Source: Planctomycetaceae bacterium (GTDB lineage: Bacteria > Planctomycetota > Phycisphaerae > Phycisphaerales > UBA1924). From it: a stretch of DNA of 64,000 bases. Positions 26,330-37,412 of this stretch are shown one piece after another. Under the pieces are notes generated by a model, which saw nothing but the letters and a program-made list of their open reading frames with translations, made no database searches and was not told the DNA's origin. Position numbers and translations under genes: made by a program. The DNA lies in assembly GCA_027487735.1 (NCBI GenBank), contig JAIYDA010000130.1, positions 1,930 through 65,929 on the forward strand. The letters are read 5' to 3'. How positions within the stretch are numbered: the stretch's first letter is position 1; each line of letters starts with the position of its first letter.

Positions 26330-27394
26330 ATGCTTCGCTGGTTCACCATCGTGCTCGCGGTTGCGGGCTTGTGCGTCGCGGTTTACGCCTCGCTCACGGG
26401 CAAGGACGCAACCCCGGTGCTTCCGCTGTCCAGGCCCGCGTCGGTCAATCCGTTTGCGAGCGGCATCGCGGCGCTGGGCATCGTCGAGCCTGCGGGGCGA
26501 GACGTTGCGATCGTTGCGCCCGAGCAGGCGCTGGTGACCAAGGTGCTGGTCGACGTGAACGACGAGGTTGTGGCGGGGCAGGCCTTGTTTGAGCTGGACG
26601 ATCGCCTGCTCGCTGCCGACCTGGTGCGGTCGCAGGCGGCTGTCGAGGCGGCAAGGGCGGAGCTTGCGCGCTGGCGCTCGCTGCCCCGCGCCGAGGATGT
26701 GCCGCCTTTGCAAGCGGCCGTGGCGCGTGCGGAGGCGCAACTGTCGGATCGGCGCGAGCAGCTTCGCCTCACGCGTGAGGCCCGCGCGGGCGGGGCGAAC
26801 ACCGACCGCGACGTGTCGATTGCGCAGTTCGCGTTCGATGCCGCGAAGGCCGAGGTCGATCGCACGCAGGCGGAGCTTGCCCGCGTGCGTGCGGGCGGGT
26901 GGGAGCCCGACAAGCTGGTGCTCGAAGCGCAGCTGCGGCAGCGCGAGGCGGAGGTGCGGAGCCTGGAGCTGCGCATGGAGCGGCTGAAGGTCCGCGCGCC
27001 GCGGAACGGACAGATTCTGCGGCGAAGCATCGAGGCGGGCGAGAGTGCCCCCATCGACCCCGCGCGCCCCGCGATGATTCTGGGCGACCTCAAGCAGCTG
27101 CGCGTGCGAGCCCAGGTGGACGAGGAGGACATCGCGCTGCTTGGGCCCATGCTCGCGGGCAAGACCCAGCGGGCAATCGCCCGCACGCGCGGCGCGATCG
27201 TGGTCGATGTGCCGCTGACGCTCGTGCGCGTCGAGCCCTTTGCGCGTGCCAAGATGGACATCAGCGGCGCGAACGTGGAGCGCGTCGACACGCGGGTTGT
27301 CGAGGTCGTGTTCGCGGTCGAGGGGGCGGTGGCGGTGCCTGTCTTCCCGGGGCAGGCGCTTGACGTGTTTATTGAGGCGACGCCCGGCACCTGA
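26330..27394 (+). CDS. HlyD-family membrane-fusion/periplasmic adaptor protein
   Basis: N-terminal TM MLRWFTIVLAVAGLCVAVYA, a long coiled-coil hairpin (AAVEAARAELARW...AEVDRTQAELARVRAG), and beta-barrel motifs VRAPRNGQIL. Confidence 0.8.
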   Translation: MLRWFTIVLAVAGLCVAVYASLTGKDATPVLPLSRPASVNPFASGIAALGIVEPAGRDVAIVAPEQALVTKVLVDVNDEVVAGQALFELDDRLLAADLVRSQAAVEAARAELARWRSLPRAEDVPPLQAAVARAEAQLSDRREQLRLTREARAGGANTDRDVSIAQFAFDAAKAEVDRTQAELARVRAGGWEPDKLVLEAQLRQREAEVRSLELRMERLKVRAPRNGQILRRSIEAGESAPIDPARPAMILGDLKQLRVRAQVDEEDIALLGPMLAGKTQRAIARTRGAIVVDVPLTLVRVEPFARAKMDISGANVERVDTRVVEVVFAVEGAVAVPVFPGQALDVFIEATPGT

Positions 27395-27503
27395 GCCCAA
27401 CCTGCGGCATCGAAGGGGCTTGTTGGACGCGTTGCGCGAGCCCCATCGGCATGTGGCTCGCTCCACGCGCCGCCCACCACGATCACCCCCCACCGAGGCA
27501 AGC

Positions 27504-27902
27504 ATGCAAGCATCCCAAACAGCACAGTCCGTCGTCGAGCAACAGCTCATCGCCTACAACGCGCGCGATCTGCACGGCTTTGCCGACACCTTCAGCGACG
27601 ACAGCATGGGGTTTGACCTGGACGGCGCGCAGGGCTTTGACCCATCGCATCCCGACGCTTGCCACGCCTCGACCATCCGCTGGGCGGGCAAGGCGGGGCT
27701 GCTGGCGCGATACGGGCCGCAGTTTGTGCAGTCGCCCACGCAGCGCAGCACGGTGGTGACACGCAGCGTGGTGGGGGAGTATGTGTTTGACCTGGAGTTC
27801 ATCACGGGCTCGACGGGTCGGGCGGACTTCCACATGATGGCGATCTACCGCGTGCGCGGCGGGCGGATCGACCGGGCGTGGTTTACGCCGCGCGTGCCCT
27901 AA
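27504..27902 (+). CDS. SnoaL/NTF2-like fold protein
   Basis: VVEQQLIAYNARDLHGFADTFSDD...MMAIYRVRGGRIDRAWF. ATG at 27504 verified. Confidence 0.55.
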   Translation: MQASQTAQSVVEQQLIAYNARDLHGFADTFSDDSMGFDLDGAQGFDPSHPDACHASTIRWAGKAGLLARYGPQFVQSPTQRSTVVTRSVVGEYVFDLEFITGSTGRADFHMMAIYRVRGGRIDRAWFTPRVP

Positions 27903-28096
27903 CGCGCAGCGATCGCGTTGGCGAGTGGCGTTGGGCGAGCGCAGGGGCGTGCACGTCTGAATAACTCGCGCAAAGTCGAGCGGTCTTTGCAATCGCTTTG
28001 CAGGCGAAGCGGGTTGCGGTCGATACACTCGCACGACTCGCAGCGCGCGGAGTGCGCGGCAATGCGCGAGGAATGGGCTTCACTTCGAGGATTCTC

Positions 28097-29434
<1,338 letters not shown>

Positions 29435-29473
29435 GGCACGGCGACAAGGCAAGCACCAAGGCACGTTCCCTCC

Positions 29474-29510
29474 AGCACCCGCGCCGCAAGCGCGGGTGCT
29501 TTGCCTTTGG
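29474..29510 (+). terminator. Rho-independent terminator after clpX
   Basis: Perfect 10-bp stem agcacccgcg (29474-29483) / cgcgggtgct (29491-29500) with a 7-nt loop, followed by ttgcctttgg. Confidence 0.65.
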
Positions 29511-29544
29511 AATCCGTCGCTTCGTGGTCGCGACGCAAGCTGTG

Positions 29545-32349
29545 TCAAGGTGCCGGGGCATCGCCGCGAGCGGCCGCTGCCTCAATGATGCCCGTCCACT
29601 CGAGCAGATAGAGCCCGCGGGAGGAGAGAGGCACGCGCGGAAAGTCCTCGGTCATGCTCGCGTGCCATGTCGCGGCGCGCAGGGCGTGGCGGGCCTCGGG
29701 CAGGCGTCCCTGGTCGTGCAGGCTTGCGGCAAGCTCTGTATACACCAGCACCTCGACCCAGCTCGGGCCCATGCTGTCCGAGCGTGGGCAACGCATCACG
29801 AGGCCAGTGGGGCTCGCGGACGCGTCAAGCTCGGGCGCGAAGCTGCTCGCCGCGAGCCACCCGGTGTCGCTGCCGCGAGCTGCGAGCATCCCTCGCAGCA
29901 TACGCTCGGCCTTCGGTGCCTCGCCCGTGGTGCGCACGATGGAGGCTTGCGCGAAGAGTGCGTAGCAATACCAGTCGGTGTCGGGGCGAGCGCCAAGGTT
30001 GTCCCACGTCTCGCGGGCTCGCTGCGCCGCGAGCGAGGCTTCTACAGGGTCCACGGCTCGCCACGCCAGCAGGCGCGCGAGCTGCGTCTGCGCCTTCGCA
30101 AACACGCCGCTCTCGTGCGCCGCGTTGCGTTGCAGCGCATCGAGCTTGTCGCGAGTCAGCAGGGTGGCGCGAGGGATGTCGCCCCGGGCAGCAGCGAGCA
30201 AAGACATCTGCGCGGCATACGAAAGCTCGTCTGCAGAGCGCAGCACCGCTGCCTGCGCAGCAAAGCTGTCGCATGCCTGCCAATCGCCGTCGTTCGCAGC
30301 GTGCAACGCGAGCTGGCAGAGGGCCTTGAGACGCCAGGCCAGGGCGAAACGGGAAGTGTGGGTCTGCGTTCGAGCGAGCATCTCGCTCGCGGCCTTCTGC
30401 GCATCCCCTTCGGAGCCGAACTGAGATGTGATTTCCAGGCATGACGCGTGCAGTGCCAGACCATCCAGCGAATCTCGCCCGAGCGCGCGGTCCGCATCGG
30501 CGCGCAGCCTTGCCATCGCCTCTTCGGCCGCGACGCGATCGCCCATGAAGAACTCGTACTGCGACTGCGCAAGGCGAGCGCTGAGCGTTCGCGCGTCGTC
30601 GGGCCCGAAGGCCCGCTCCATGCGCTCGGTCGTGCGCGAGAGAAACGCCGCGTCGAGGCCCGCAGCCTGCACCTCGTAGGGCATGGGCACGCGGACCACC
30701 GCGAGCATCGCCCGCAGCGTGCGCTCGTCGTCCGGGCCATAGAGCCGCTCGGCGATGTCGAAGGCTTCGCGCGTGAGCGATGCGCCTTGCAACTTCGTGG
30801 CCTCCATCGACGTCAGGCTCTGCCCGAGTGCTGGCAGCAGGTCCACCAGCACCTCGGGCTCGTTTGCGAAGGTCTCTTTCGCGGTGTTCGCCGCGGCGAT
30901 GAGCAGGTCCACACGGCCCGTCCCTTGCAAGCCCGGCAACGTGCTGCTGCCAGAGATCCAGCTCTCCACCGGCACAGCAGCGTCGCCACGTGATGGTGCG
31001 CGAGCGTCGAGCGCTGTGAGCATGCTGCGCAAAAAATCTCGCCCGCGCTTCGTACGGTCGGCCTCGAGCTGTGCCACTTGCCGCGCTGCCTCCGCGCGCT
31101 GCCGCGCCACCGAGCTGAAGACCGTGGCGAGCGCCAGCAGAGCCAAAAGCCCGCACGCCGCAAACACGAGCGGGCGGTTGCGCTTGGCGAGCATGCGCAG
31201 CTGCGCAAGCGTGCTCGGGGGCGCAGCATGAATGGGCAATCCATCGAGAAACGCCCGCAGATCCGCGCGAAGCTCGGACACCGATTGGTATCGCTGTGCG
31301 GGCAGCTTTGCGAGTGCTCGCAGCGTGATCGTGTCGAGGTCGCCCTTGCACGCGCGATCGAACGCGCTGGGGCGTGGGGGCTCCTGCGTTGCCACCAGCG
31401 CGAGCGCCTGCGGTACGGTGAGCCCTGTGTCGTCGAACGCGGGCTTGCCCGTGAGCAGTTCAAAGAGCATGAGCCCCAGCGCGTGCACATCCGCCCGCGC
31501 GTCGACATCATCGGGCCTGCCCTGGGCCTGCTCGGGGCTGAGGTAGCGCAGTGTGCCCAGCACCTGCCCGGGCAGCGTGAGGGCCTCGGCGCTCGTGCTG
31601 CTGTGCTGCTCGTCGCGCACGCGCGCGATGCCGAAGTCGATGATCTTGGGCTGCCCTTCTGCCGACACCAGGATGTTGTCGGGCTTCAGATCCCGGTGAA
31701 TCACCCCGCGTTGGTGAGCATGCTCCACGCCCTCGCACACGAGCGCCAGCAGCGCGACGCGCTCGCGAATGCCCAGCCCGCGCTGTTTCGCAAACGCCAG
31801 CAAGTTCAGCGCGCCCTCCACCAGCTCCATCGTGAGGTAGGGCGTGCCACCCTGCGCCGCGTCGCTCCCGGGCAGCGTGCACGCGCCAGCCTCATACACC
31901 TCGGCAATCGCCGGGTGCCGCAGCCGCGCCAGGAGCGTGGCCTCGCGCTCCAGCCGCTTCGCGGCCCCGCGCCCGCCCAGCCCGCCCGGCATGAGCTTGA
32001 GCGCCACCCTGCGCTCGAGCGTGCTGTCGAGCGCGACGTACACCGCGCCCATCCCGCCCCGCCCAAGCAGCTTCAGAAGGCGATACTTGCCCAGTGCTGC
32101 GCCCACCAGCTCGTGCGTTGCCTGCGTTGCGGCGTGCTGCAGGGCACGGGCCACGGTGGTCGCGGGTTCATCCAGCAGCAGCGTGCTGGTTTCATATCCG
32201 CGCAGCATGTCGAGCACGCGCGACCGCAGCGCAGCATCGCCCTCGCACGCACGCTCGATGAAGGGCGCACGCTCGGCATCGGGCAGGTCGAGGGCATCGC
32301 CCAGCACCTGCTTGATCCGCTGCCAGGATGGTTTTTGCTCGGTCGTCAT
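29545..32349 (-). CDS. Ser/Thr protein kinase with a TM segment and a large helical-repeat C-terminal domain
   Basis: GRGGMGAVYVA...VALK, HRDLKPDNILV, DFGIA, then the TM VFAACGLLALLALATVFSSV. ATG at 32349 (MTTEQKPSW) verified. Confidence 0.85.
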   Translation of the reverse strand: MTTEQKPSWQRIKQVLGDALDLPDAERAPFIERACEGDAALRSRVLDMLRGYETSTLLLDEPATTVARALQHAATQATHELVGAALGKYRLLKLLGRGGMGAVYVALDSTLERRVALKLMPGGLGGRGAAKRLEREATLLARLRHPAIAEVYEAGACTLPGSDAAQGGTPYLTMELVEGALNLLAFAKQRGLGIRERVALLALVCEGVEHAHQRGVIHRDLKPDNILVSAEGQPKIIDFGIARVRDEQHSSTSAEALTLPGQVLGTLRYLSPEQAQGRPDDVDARADVHALGLMLFELLTGKPAFDDTGLTVPQALALVATQEPPRPSAFDRACKGDLDTITLRALAKLPAQRYQSVSELRADLRAFLDGLPIHAAPPSTLAQLRMLAKRNRPLVFAACGLLALLALATVFSSVARQRAEAARQVAQLEADRTKRGRDFLRSMLTALDARAPSRGDAAVPVESWISGSSTLPGLQGTGRVDLLIAAANTAKETFANEPEVLVDLLPALGQSLTSMEATKLQGASLTREAFDIAERLYGPDDERTLRAMLAVVRVPMPYEVQAAGLDAAFLSRTTERMERAFGPDDARTLSARLAQSQYEFFMGDRVAAEEAMARLRADADRALGRDSLDGLALHASCLEITSQFGSEGDAQKAASEMLARTQTHTSRFALAWRLKALCQLALHAANDGDWQACDSFAAQAAVLRSADELSYAAQMSLLAAARGDIPRATLLTRDKLDALQRNAAHESGVFAKAQTQLARLLAWRAVDPVEASLAAQRARETWDNLGARPDTDWYCYALFAQASIVRTTGEAPKAERMLRGMLAARGSDTGWLAASSFAPELDASASPTGLVMRCPRSDSMGPSWVEVLVYTELAASLHDQGRLPEARHALRAATWHASMTEDFPRVPLSSRGLYLLEWTGIIEAAAARGDAPAP

Positions 32350-32439
32350 GAGAGAGAAAGAACGCCTCGCCCTACGGACAGAGCGAGGAAGAGCCTGGGA
32401 GTGGGACACCACCGGTCGCTTACCGGCCCCTACCGGCAT

Positions 32440-33078
32440 CTAGACCCCGCCCGGCAGCGTGCCCGCCTCCTCTCCCAACGCATCAATCAGCCATGCCCGC
32501 GCGACGTTCCAGCGGCGATCGACGGTTTTGGTCGACACCCCAAGTGCCCACGCAATCTCCTGCGTTTTCAGGCCCGCGAAGTAGCGCAGGTTCACCACCT
32601 CTGCCAGTTCGGGGTCCTCGCTTTGCAGCCGCGACAGAGCATCGTGGATCGCCTGCCAGGGGTGGTTGTCGTCCGCCGCTTCTGCGCTGAGGTCCGTCGA
32701 CGCCGGTGCGGCGTCGTCGAGGCCGATGCGGGCGCGGTCTCCGCCGTGCTTGGGGCTTGCGCGCTTGCGGGCGCGGTCGATGAGAATGCGTCGGATGGCG
32801 ATCGCCGCTGCGGCGTAAAAGTGCTTCGCGCCGTGCCAATCGACGTGTGCGCCGCTGACGAGCTTGAGGTAGGCCTCGTGCACGAGGGCGGTGGCTTGGA
32901 GCGTGGCGTTGCGACCGCGCAGCGACTCACGCGCGAGCTCGCTGGTAGCCCGGGCCCGCAACTCTTCATAGACCAAGGGCAGCAGCTCGCGCGCTGCGGC
33001 TTCGTCGCCACGCTGCGCCTGCTGCATGAGCAGGTGCACACGCGTGGGGTGCTGAGGTTGGGCAGAGTCGTGGCGCAA
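32440..33078 (-). CDS. ECF-type RNA polymerase sigma factor (the type found upstream of Ser/Thr kinases)
   Basis: LLMQQAQRGDEAAARELLPLVYEELRARA...ATALVHEAYLKL... and region 4 VVNLRYFAGLKTQEIAWALGVSTKTVDRRW. The track start is TTG at 33078; a GTG at 33039 is also possible. Confidence 0.8.
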   Translation of the reverse strand: MRHDSAQPQHPTRVHLLMQQAQRGDEAAARELLPLVYEELRARATSELARESLRGRNATLQATALVHEAYLKLVSGAHVDWHGAKHFYAAAAIAIRRILIDRARKRASPKHGGDRARIGLDDAAPASTDLSAEAADDNHPWQAIHDALSRLQSEDPELAEVVNLRYFAGLKTQEIAWALGVSTKTVDRRWNVARAWLIDALGEEAGTLPGGV

Positions 33079-33246
33079 TCGGGAAAGCGTGGGAGGGGGC
33101 GTGGGGCAATCCTACCACGATCGCTCACCACCTCGCCGCAGGCCGCGTGGGAATGCCCTGACTAAGGAAATGCCCCAAAGAAAAGCCCCGGCGATGCGGG
33201 CCGGGGCGAGCTTCCACAGGGCTGGGTTGAGCTTTGCGCGGCGCGA

Positions 33247-33924
33247 TCAGCGTGCGGCGCGGCGTCGGCGGGATGCGACCACGCCCGCAATGCTCAGCAG
33301 CCCCAGCGCGCTGGGAGATGGGATGTTGGCTGTCGCCCAGTCTTTCGCGGCGTCGTTGGTTGCTTCGTCGGTGTTGTTTGCCCACAGCATCCAGGTGGGC
33401 TGGCTCACTTCGCCTGTGCTCAGGGCCCACTGCACTTCGAGTAAGTAGACGCCAGCCGCCGCGGGCGTGCTCAGCGTCCAGTCTGGGTGCTCGTGGCTGC
33501 CCGTGGGGTTGAGCGCGATGGAGAAGCCTGCGGTCAGCACGTCGGTGGTTGGGCTCTGCACGCTCAGGGGCCCAAGGTCCGCCGTGATGCTCGGCGCAGC
33601 GAGCGTGCCAAAGTCGCTGCCGTTCCAGACGCGCAGGGCTTTCAGGATGTCAAACCGAAAGCTCGTCGCGCTGCCCAGGCCACCGGGCAGGCTCTGCACG
33701 CCCGGCTCATCGGTGAAGGGCGTGCCCGTGGTGGTGTCAAACTCCGCGAAGAAGACGCGCACGCCCCGATCGATGTCGGTGCCGTCCTCGCTGATGAGGC
33801 CTGTGCGGAGCTCGCCATTGACGAGTTCGAGGAAGACGTCGCCTTCGCCACCATCGGCGAGTGCGAGGGATGGGCAAAGGGTGGCGGTGGAAACGAGGGC
33901 GAGCAGGGCAGAACGAGTATGCAT
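33247..33924 (-). CDS. Secreted protein with a PEP-CTERM-like C-terminal anchor
   Basis: Signal peptide MHTRSALLALVSTATLCPSLALA. C-terminus is IPSPSALGLLSIAGVVASRRRRAAR. Paralogous to the 34074..34919 product. Confidence 0.6.
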   Translation of the reverse strand: MHTRSALLALVSTATLCPSLALADGGEGDVFLELVNGELRTGLISEDGTDIDRGVRVFFAEFDTTTGTPFTDEPGVQSLPGGLGSATSFRFDILKALRVWNGSDFGTLAAPSITADLGPLSVQSPTTDVLTAGFSIALNPTGSHEHPDWTLSTPAAAGVYLLEVQWALSTGEVSQPTWMLWANNTDEATNDAAKDWATANIPSPSALGLLSIAGVVASRRRRAAR

Positions 33925-34073
33925 GGAACACCTCTCTTCACTCAAAGGGACAAACTCTCGGAACGCGGACTGGTGTGCAAGGTCGTTCTTGCAAACCGAT
34001 TCTCACACAAAGGCTCGCGGGCGGCACGCCGGACCACACAGACCGGGTGCGAACACGAGAGCGTGACACTTGT

Positions 34074-34919
34074 TTAGACGTCGCAGCTGCCGCCCGCGAG
34101 CACGCGGAGGAAGGCGAGCAGGTCCGAGTCATCGGGAAACAACCCGTCGTTGTTGAAGTCGATGTCGTTGCAGGACTCGCAAGGGCTGCCCGCGAGCACG
34201 GCAAGAAACTCGACAAGGTCGGTATCGTCGGGAAACAGCGAGTCGTTGTTGAAGTCGATGCTGTCGCACGCAGCAGGAGGGCTGAGGAGCTCTGCGAGCA
34301 CCCACGCCTCCGCAGCCTGCACCTGCGACAACGGAGCGTTCTGATTGAACACGATGTAGAACGTCTCGCTCTCTGCGGGTGCGGTTGGGGCGGTGTTCCA
34401 GAGCGACATCGCGAGCAAGTAGACGCCATCGCTCGCGGGCGCTTGCAGCGTGAACTCGTAGTGCCGGTGCCACTGCCCGTTACTCCCGGCTTGCAGCGAG
34501 AACCCAGCCTGCGTGGAGGCAGTGGTGGGGGTGAGGGCGCTGAGCGGCCCCCTGGTCAGCAGCATGCGCTCGGGAGGGATGATGCCCTGCGCAATTCCAA
34601 AGTCCGTGCCCGTCCACTTGCGCAGCGCATCGCGCAGCGTGAAGCCCGTGCGCGAGCTTGGTGCGAAGGTGCCCGGCGCGTTGTCGAAGCCTGGGTCGCT
34701 GGAAAAGTCGGGCGCGATGAACCCCAGCGTGCTGACGAACACGCGCCGCTCGACAAAGCTCGCCCCCTGCAAGCTGCCCGTGCGGATTGTGCCGGTTGAG
34801 GTGTTGAGGATGATGTCGCCCTCGTGCACTTGCGCCTGAGCGGTGCCTGCAAGCAGCCCAGCCGCGCACGCAGTCCAGAAGCCCAACGTGCTGATGGTGT
34901 TTCGTCGTGTGGAGATCAT
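34074..34919 (-). CDS. Secreted paralogue ending in two Cys-bracketed dockerin/EF-hand-like repeats
   Basis: Signal peptide ...[10 protein letters not shown]-terminus is [30 protein letters not shown] then [30 protein letters not shown]. The start overlaps the upstream stop (ATGA). Confidence 0.65.
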   Translation of the reverse strand: MISTRRNTISTLGFWTACAAGLLAGTAQAQVHEGDIILNTSTGTIRTGSLQGASFVERRVFVSTLGFIAPDFSSDPGFDNAPGTFAPSSRTGFTLRDALRKWTGTDFGIAQGIIPPERMLLTRGPLSALTPTTASTQAGFSLQAGSNGQWHRHYEFTLQAPASDGVYLLAMSLWNTAPTAPAESETFYIVFNQNAPLSQVQAAEAWVLAELLSPPAACDSIDFNNDSLFPDDTDLVEFLAVLAGSPCESCNDIDFNNDGLFPDDSDLLAFLRVLAGGSCDV

Positions 34920-35776
34920 CGGAAAAGTCCTGGGTCAAAGCTGTTCTTCGCGGCGTCGCCATACACATCCGCAAACGCACGCAGGGTTGCGTGCCCATCG
35001 AGATAGACGTAGTTGCTCTGGGCCTGCGCAGACTTGGGCTTGCCGCCCCAGCGGTTGGTCTGCACGTGCTCGGTGGCGCGGGCGGGTGCTTGCTGCGGGT
35101 TGCCCCAGCTCTCCACGTGCGGATGATCGCTCACCGCAAACGCCCCGGTCGCGTCCGCGGGGTTGGCTGGCTGCTGCGTCATGTGCACAAACTGCACGAG
35201 CTCGCTGGGCATGCCGATGCGCGACATCGTGTTCCACACGACGCTGTCGCCGTTTGCGTCGAGCCCCGCTGGGTAGTTGCCACTGAGAAAGTTGTTCATC
35301 CCGTAGCTCGTGCGGCGAAAGCTCTGCGTGCGCTCCCGCTGTCCCCCTTCCGACGCGAGAAACCACCTGCTGTTGTCGCTGGGGCTGCGCAGCACAGCGG
35401 GCGTGAAGTAGTCGGCGTTGCTCGCGCTGGGGTCGTAGCTGCGCTCATAGCCGATGTACGCCGAGAGCGTGTAGATGAAGCTCGCGCGCGGATCGCCAAT
35501 GCCCCCGTGGGGCAGGCCCACATCCACGAGCCGGTCGCGATGATCGTCGGCATAGGTCTGCTGCCCGATGCCCAGCGAGCGCATGTTCGCGAGGCACCGA
35601 ACCTGCCGCGCGCTGCCGCGTGCCTTCGCCAGGCTGGGCAGCAGCAGCCCCACCAGCACCGCGATGATGGCAATGACCACGAGCAGCTCAATCAGCGTGA
35701 AGCCCTGCGCGCCACGACGGCACCGCACGCCAAACCCGGGGTTGACCACAAAGCGAGAGGGCATTCTCAGCAACAT
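34916..35776 (-). CDS. Prepilin-type N-terminal cleavage/methylation domain protein (pseudopilin, H-X9-DG type)
   Basis: [25 protein letters not shown], with a C-terminal [12 protein letters not shown]. Confidence 0.85.
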   Translation of the reverse strand: MLLRMPSRFVVNPGFGVRCRRGAQGFTLIELLVVIAIIAVLVGLLLPSLAKARGSARQVRCLANMRSLGIGQQTYADDHRDRLVDVGLPHGGIGDPRASFIYTLSAYIGYERSYDPSASNADYFTPAVLRSPSDNSRWFLASEGGQRERTQSFRRTSYGMNNFLSGNYPAGLDANGDSVVWNTMSRIGMPSELVQFVHMTQQPANPADATGAFAVSDHPHVESWGNPQQAPARATEHVQTNRWGGKPKSAQAQSNYVYLDGHATLRAFADVYGDAAKNSFDPGLFR

Positions 35777-35948
35777 GATACGCCGTTCTCACACGCCTGG
35801 TTGCACCACGAAGCCAGCAACCCCATCGCCAGGTGCGCACCTCGCCGTAAGACACTGCCGACACTGCGCTTGCATCCGGCCCGCCCCGCAAACCCCGCCC
35901 GAAGCGACCCTCCATCGCGCGCCCCTTGCCTAGAATCCCCTCCTACAC

Positions 35949-36023
35949 GCCGAGGTAGCTCAGCTGGTTTAGAGCGCTGGATTCATAACCCGGAGGTCGG
36001 CGGTTCAAGTCCGCCCCTCGGCA
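35949..36023 (+). tRNA. tRNA with CAT anticodon (elongator Met, or Ile2 if lysidine-modified)
   Basis: Hand-folded 75-nt cloverleaf: GCCGAGG-TA-GCTC-AGCTGGTTTA-GAGC-G-CTGGA-TTCATAA-CCCGG-AGGTC-GGCGG-TTCAAGT-CCGCC-CCTCGGC-A. The 1-72 pair is intact, so it is not an initiator. One 31-39 mismatch. Confidence 0.85.
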
Positions 36024-36146
36024 CTTGCCTGGTTCTGTTTTGCTCGGTTCTACTTTGCTTGGTTCTCCTTGAGTTGGTGCTGTGGTGGGCACGTGCGGCG
36101 CGCTGCGTTCGCGTAAAGGCGTTTGGGGCTGCGAGCGGAGCCGCGG

Positions 36147-37307
36147 ATGTTCAGGGTCATCGAGATTGCGTTCCGCCTGCTACTGGATGCGCTGCAACTC
36201 AAGAAGTCAGACAAGAACTCGGATCTGCGCCTCGTGGTCGAGGTGTTTTTGCTCATTGGCATGGTGATCGCTGGCTTCATGGCGCAGCTCCAGCCGCAGG
36301 TTGCGAAGCAGCGCGAGCAAGAGCAAAAGAACGAGATCGCAGCGCAGCGGGCCGAGAGTGGGCGCGCGATGCGGATGTGGCTGGCGCATGCGGATCGTCG
36401 CACGAAGCACGTGAGCACCAGGCCCGCGCTGGAGTTTGCGAAGGCGGTGCGGCAGATTGCCCCGCCGCCGCCGCTTCAGTTGTTTCACGATCCGCAGACA
36501 GACAAGTGGTATGCCAAGGGCGAGGTGATGAAGCAACCCGAGGCGGTGCGGACGCGGGTGCGGTCGCAGTGGCTTGCGCCGGAGGATGTGTACATCCGCG
36601 GCGACGACACCCGGATGGACTATGTGCGGATGCTCGACATCGCTGGGCAGTTTGGCACGACGGGGCTGCGCGGGTTGCACGTGCTGGACCTTGCGTTTGG
36701 CAGCCGTGCGCACGTGAACGTGCTCGCGTCCGCCGGCGCGGCGGTGCACGCGATCGACGCGGACGACCAGCTACGGGCGATGTGCGCCGGGTGGGGTGGG
36801 TATCGCGAGCCCGCGGAAGAATCGTCTCCTGTGGGGAGCTTGGTGCTGCACTTTGGTGCGTGGCCTGGCGATGCGAAGATCGTGGCGAATGTGCGGCGCT
36901 CGCTGAACACGCACGGGCGCAAGGGCTTTGACCTCATCACGGCACGCTCGGTGCTCTCGGGAAGCGTGAAATGGGCAGAACAGACGCACCCCCTGTGGGC
37001 GGGCGCGAGTGCCGAGCAGGTGCTCAGCGAGCTGCACCACGTGCTGCGCTCCGGGGGCTTGCTGGTGCTGCATAGCACCGCGCAACCTTTGTATGACGAT
37101 GCGCAGCAGCCCATTGCGCACGATGGCGAGCGGGCCCGCAGCGCGTTCACGCGCGAGGAGTTTTCGGCAGCGGGCTTTGAGGTGCTGGCGATGGACGTGG
37201 ACGACACCGAGTGGGTGCTGCGCGTGCAGGGCTTGGAGCGGTTGATCTCGCCTGGGCCGCTGCGCACGACCGAAGTTGCGTTTTATACGGTGGTGCAGAA
37301 GCCGTAG
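36147..37307 (+). CDS. Membrane-anchored putative class I SAM-dependent methyltransferase
   Basis: TM VVEVFLLIGMVIAGFMA. Degenerate motif I VLDLAFGSRAHVNVLASAGAAVHAIDAD, and later LRSGGLLVL. The track start at 36123 is TTG. Confidence 0.45.
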   Translation: MFRVIEIAFRLLLDALQLKKSDKNSDLRLVVEVFLLIGMVIAGFMAQLQPQVAKQREQEQKNEIAAQRAESGRAMRMWLAHADRRTKHVSTRPALEFAKAVRQIAPPPPLQLFHDPQTDKWYAKGEVMKQPEAVRTRVRSQWLAPEDVYIRGDDTRMDYVRMLDIAGQFGTTGLRGLHVLDLAFGSRAHVNVLASAGAAVHAIDADDQLRAMCAGWGGYREPAEESSPVGSLVLHFGAWPGDAKIVANVRRSLNTHGRKGFDLITARSVLSGSVKWAEQTHPLWAGASAEQVLSELHHVLRSGGLLVLHSTAQPLYDDAQQPIAHDGERARSAFTREEFSAAGFEVLAMDVDDTEWVLRVQGLERLISPGPLRTTEVAFYTVVQKP

Positions 37308-37412
37308 GCACAAAGTGGCGCACAGCTGCCAACTCGACGACAAACTCTCAATCGTGCTCGGCTGCGCAGACGATCAGCGATCGGCGTTGCGAAAGCGTCC
37401 CCGCTCCCCTCC

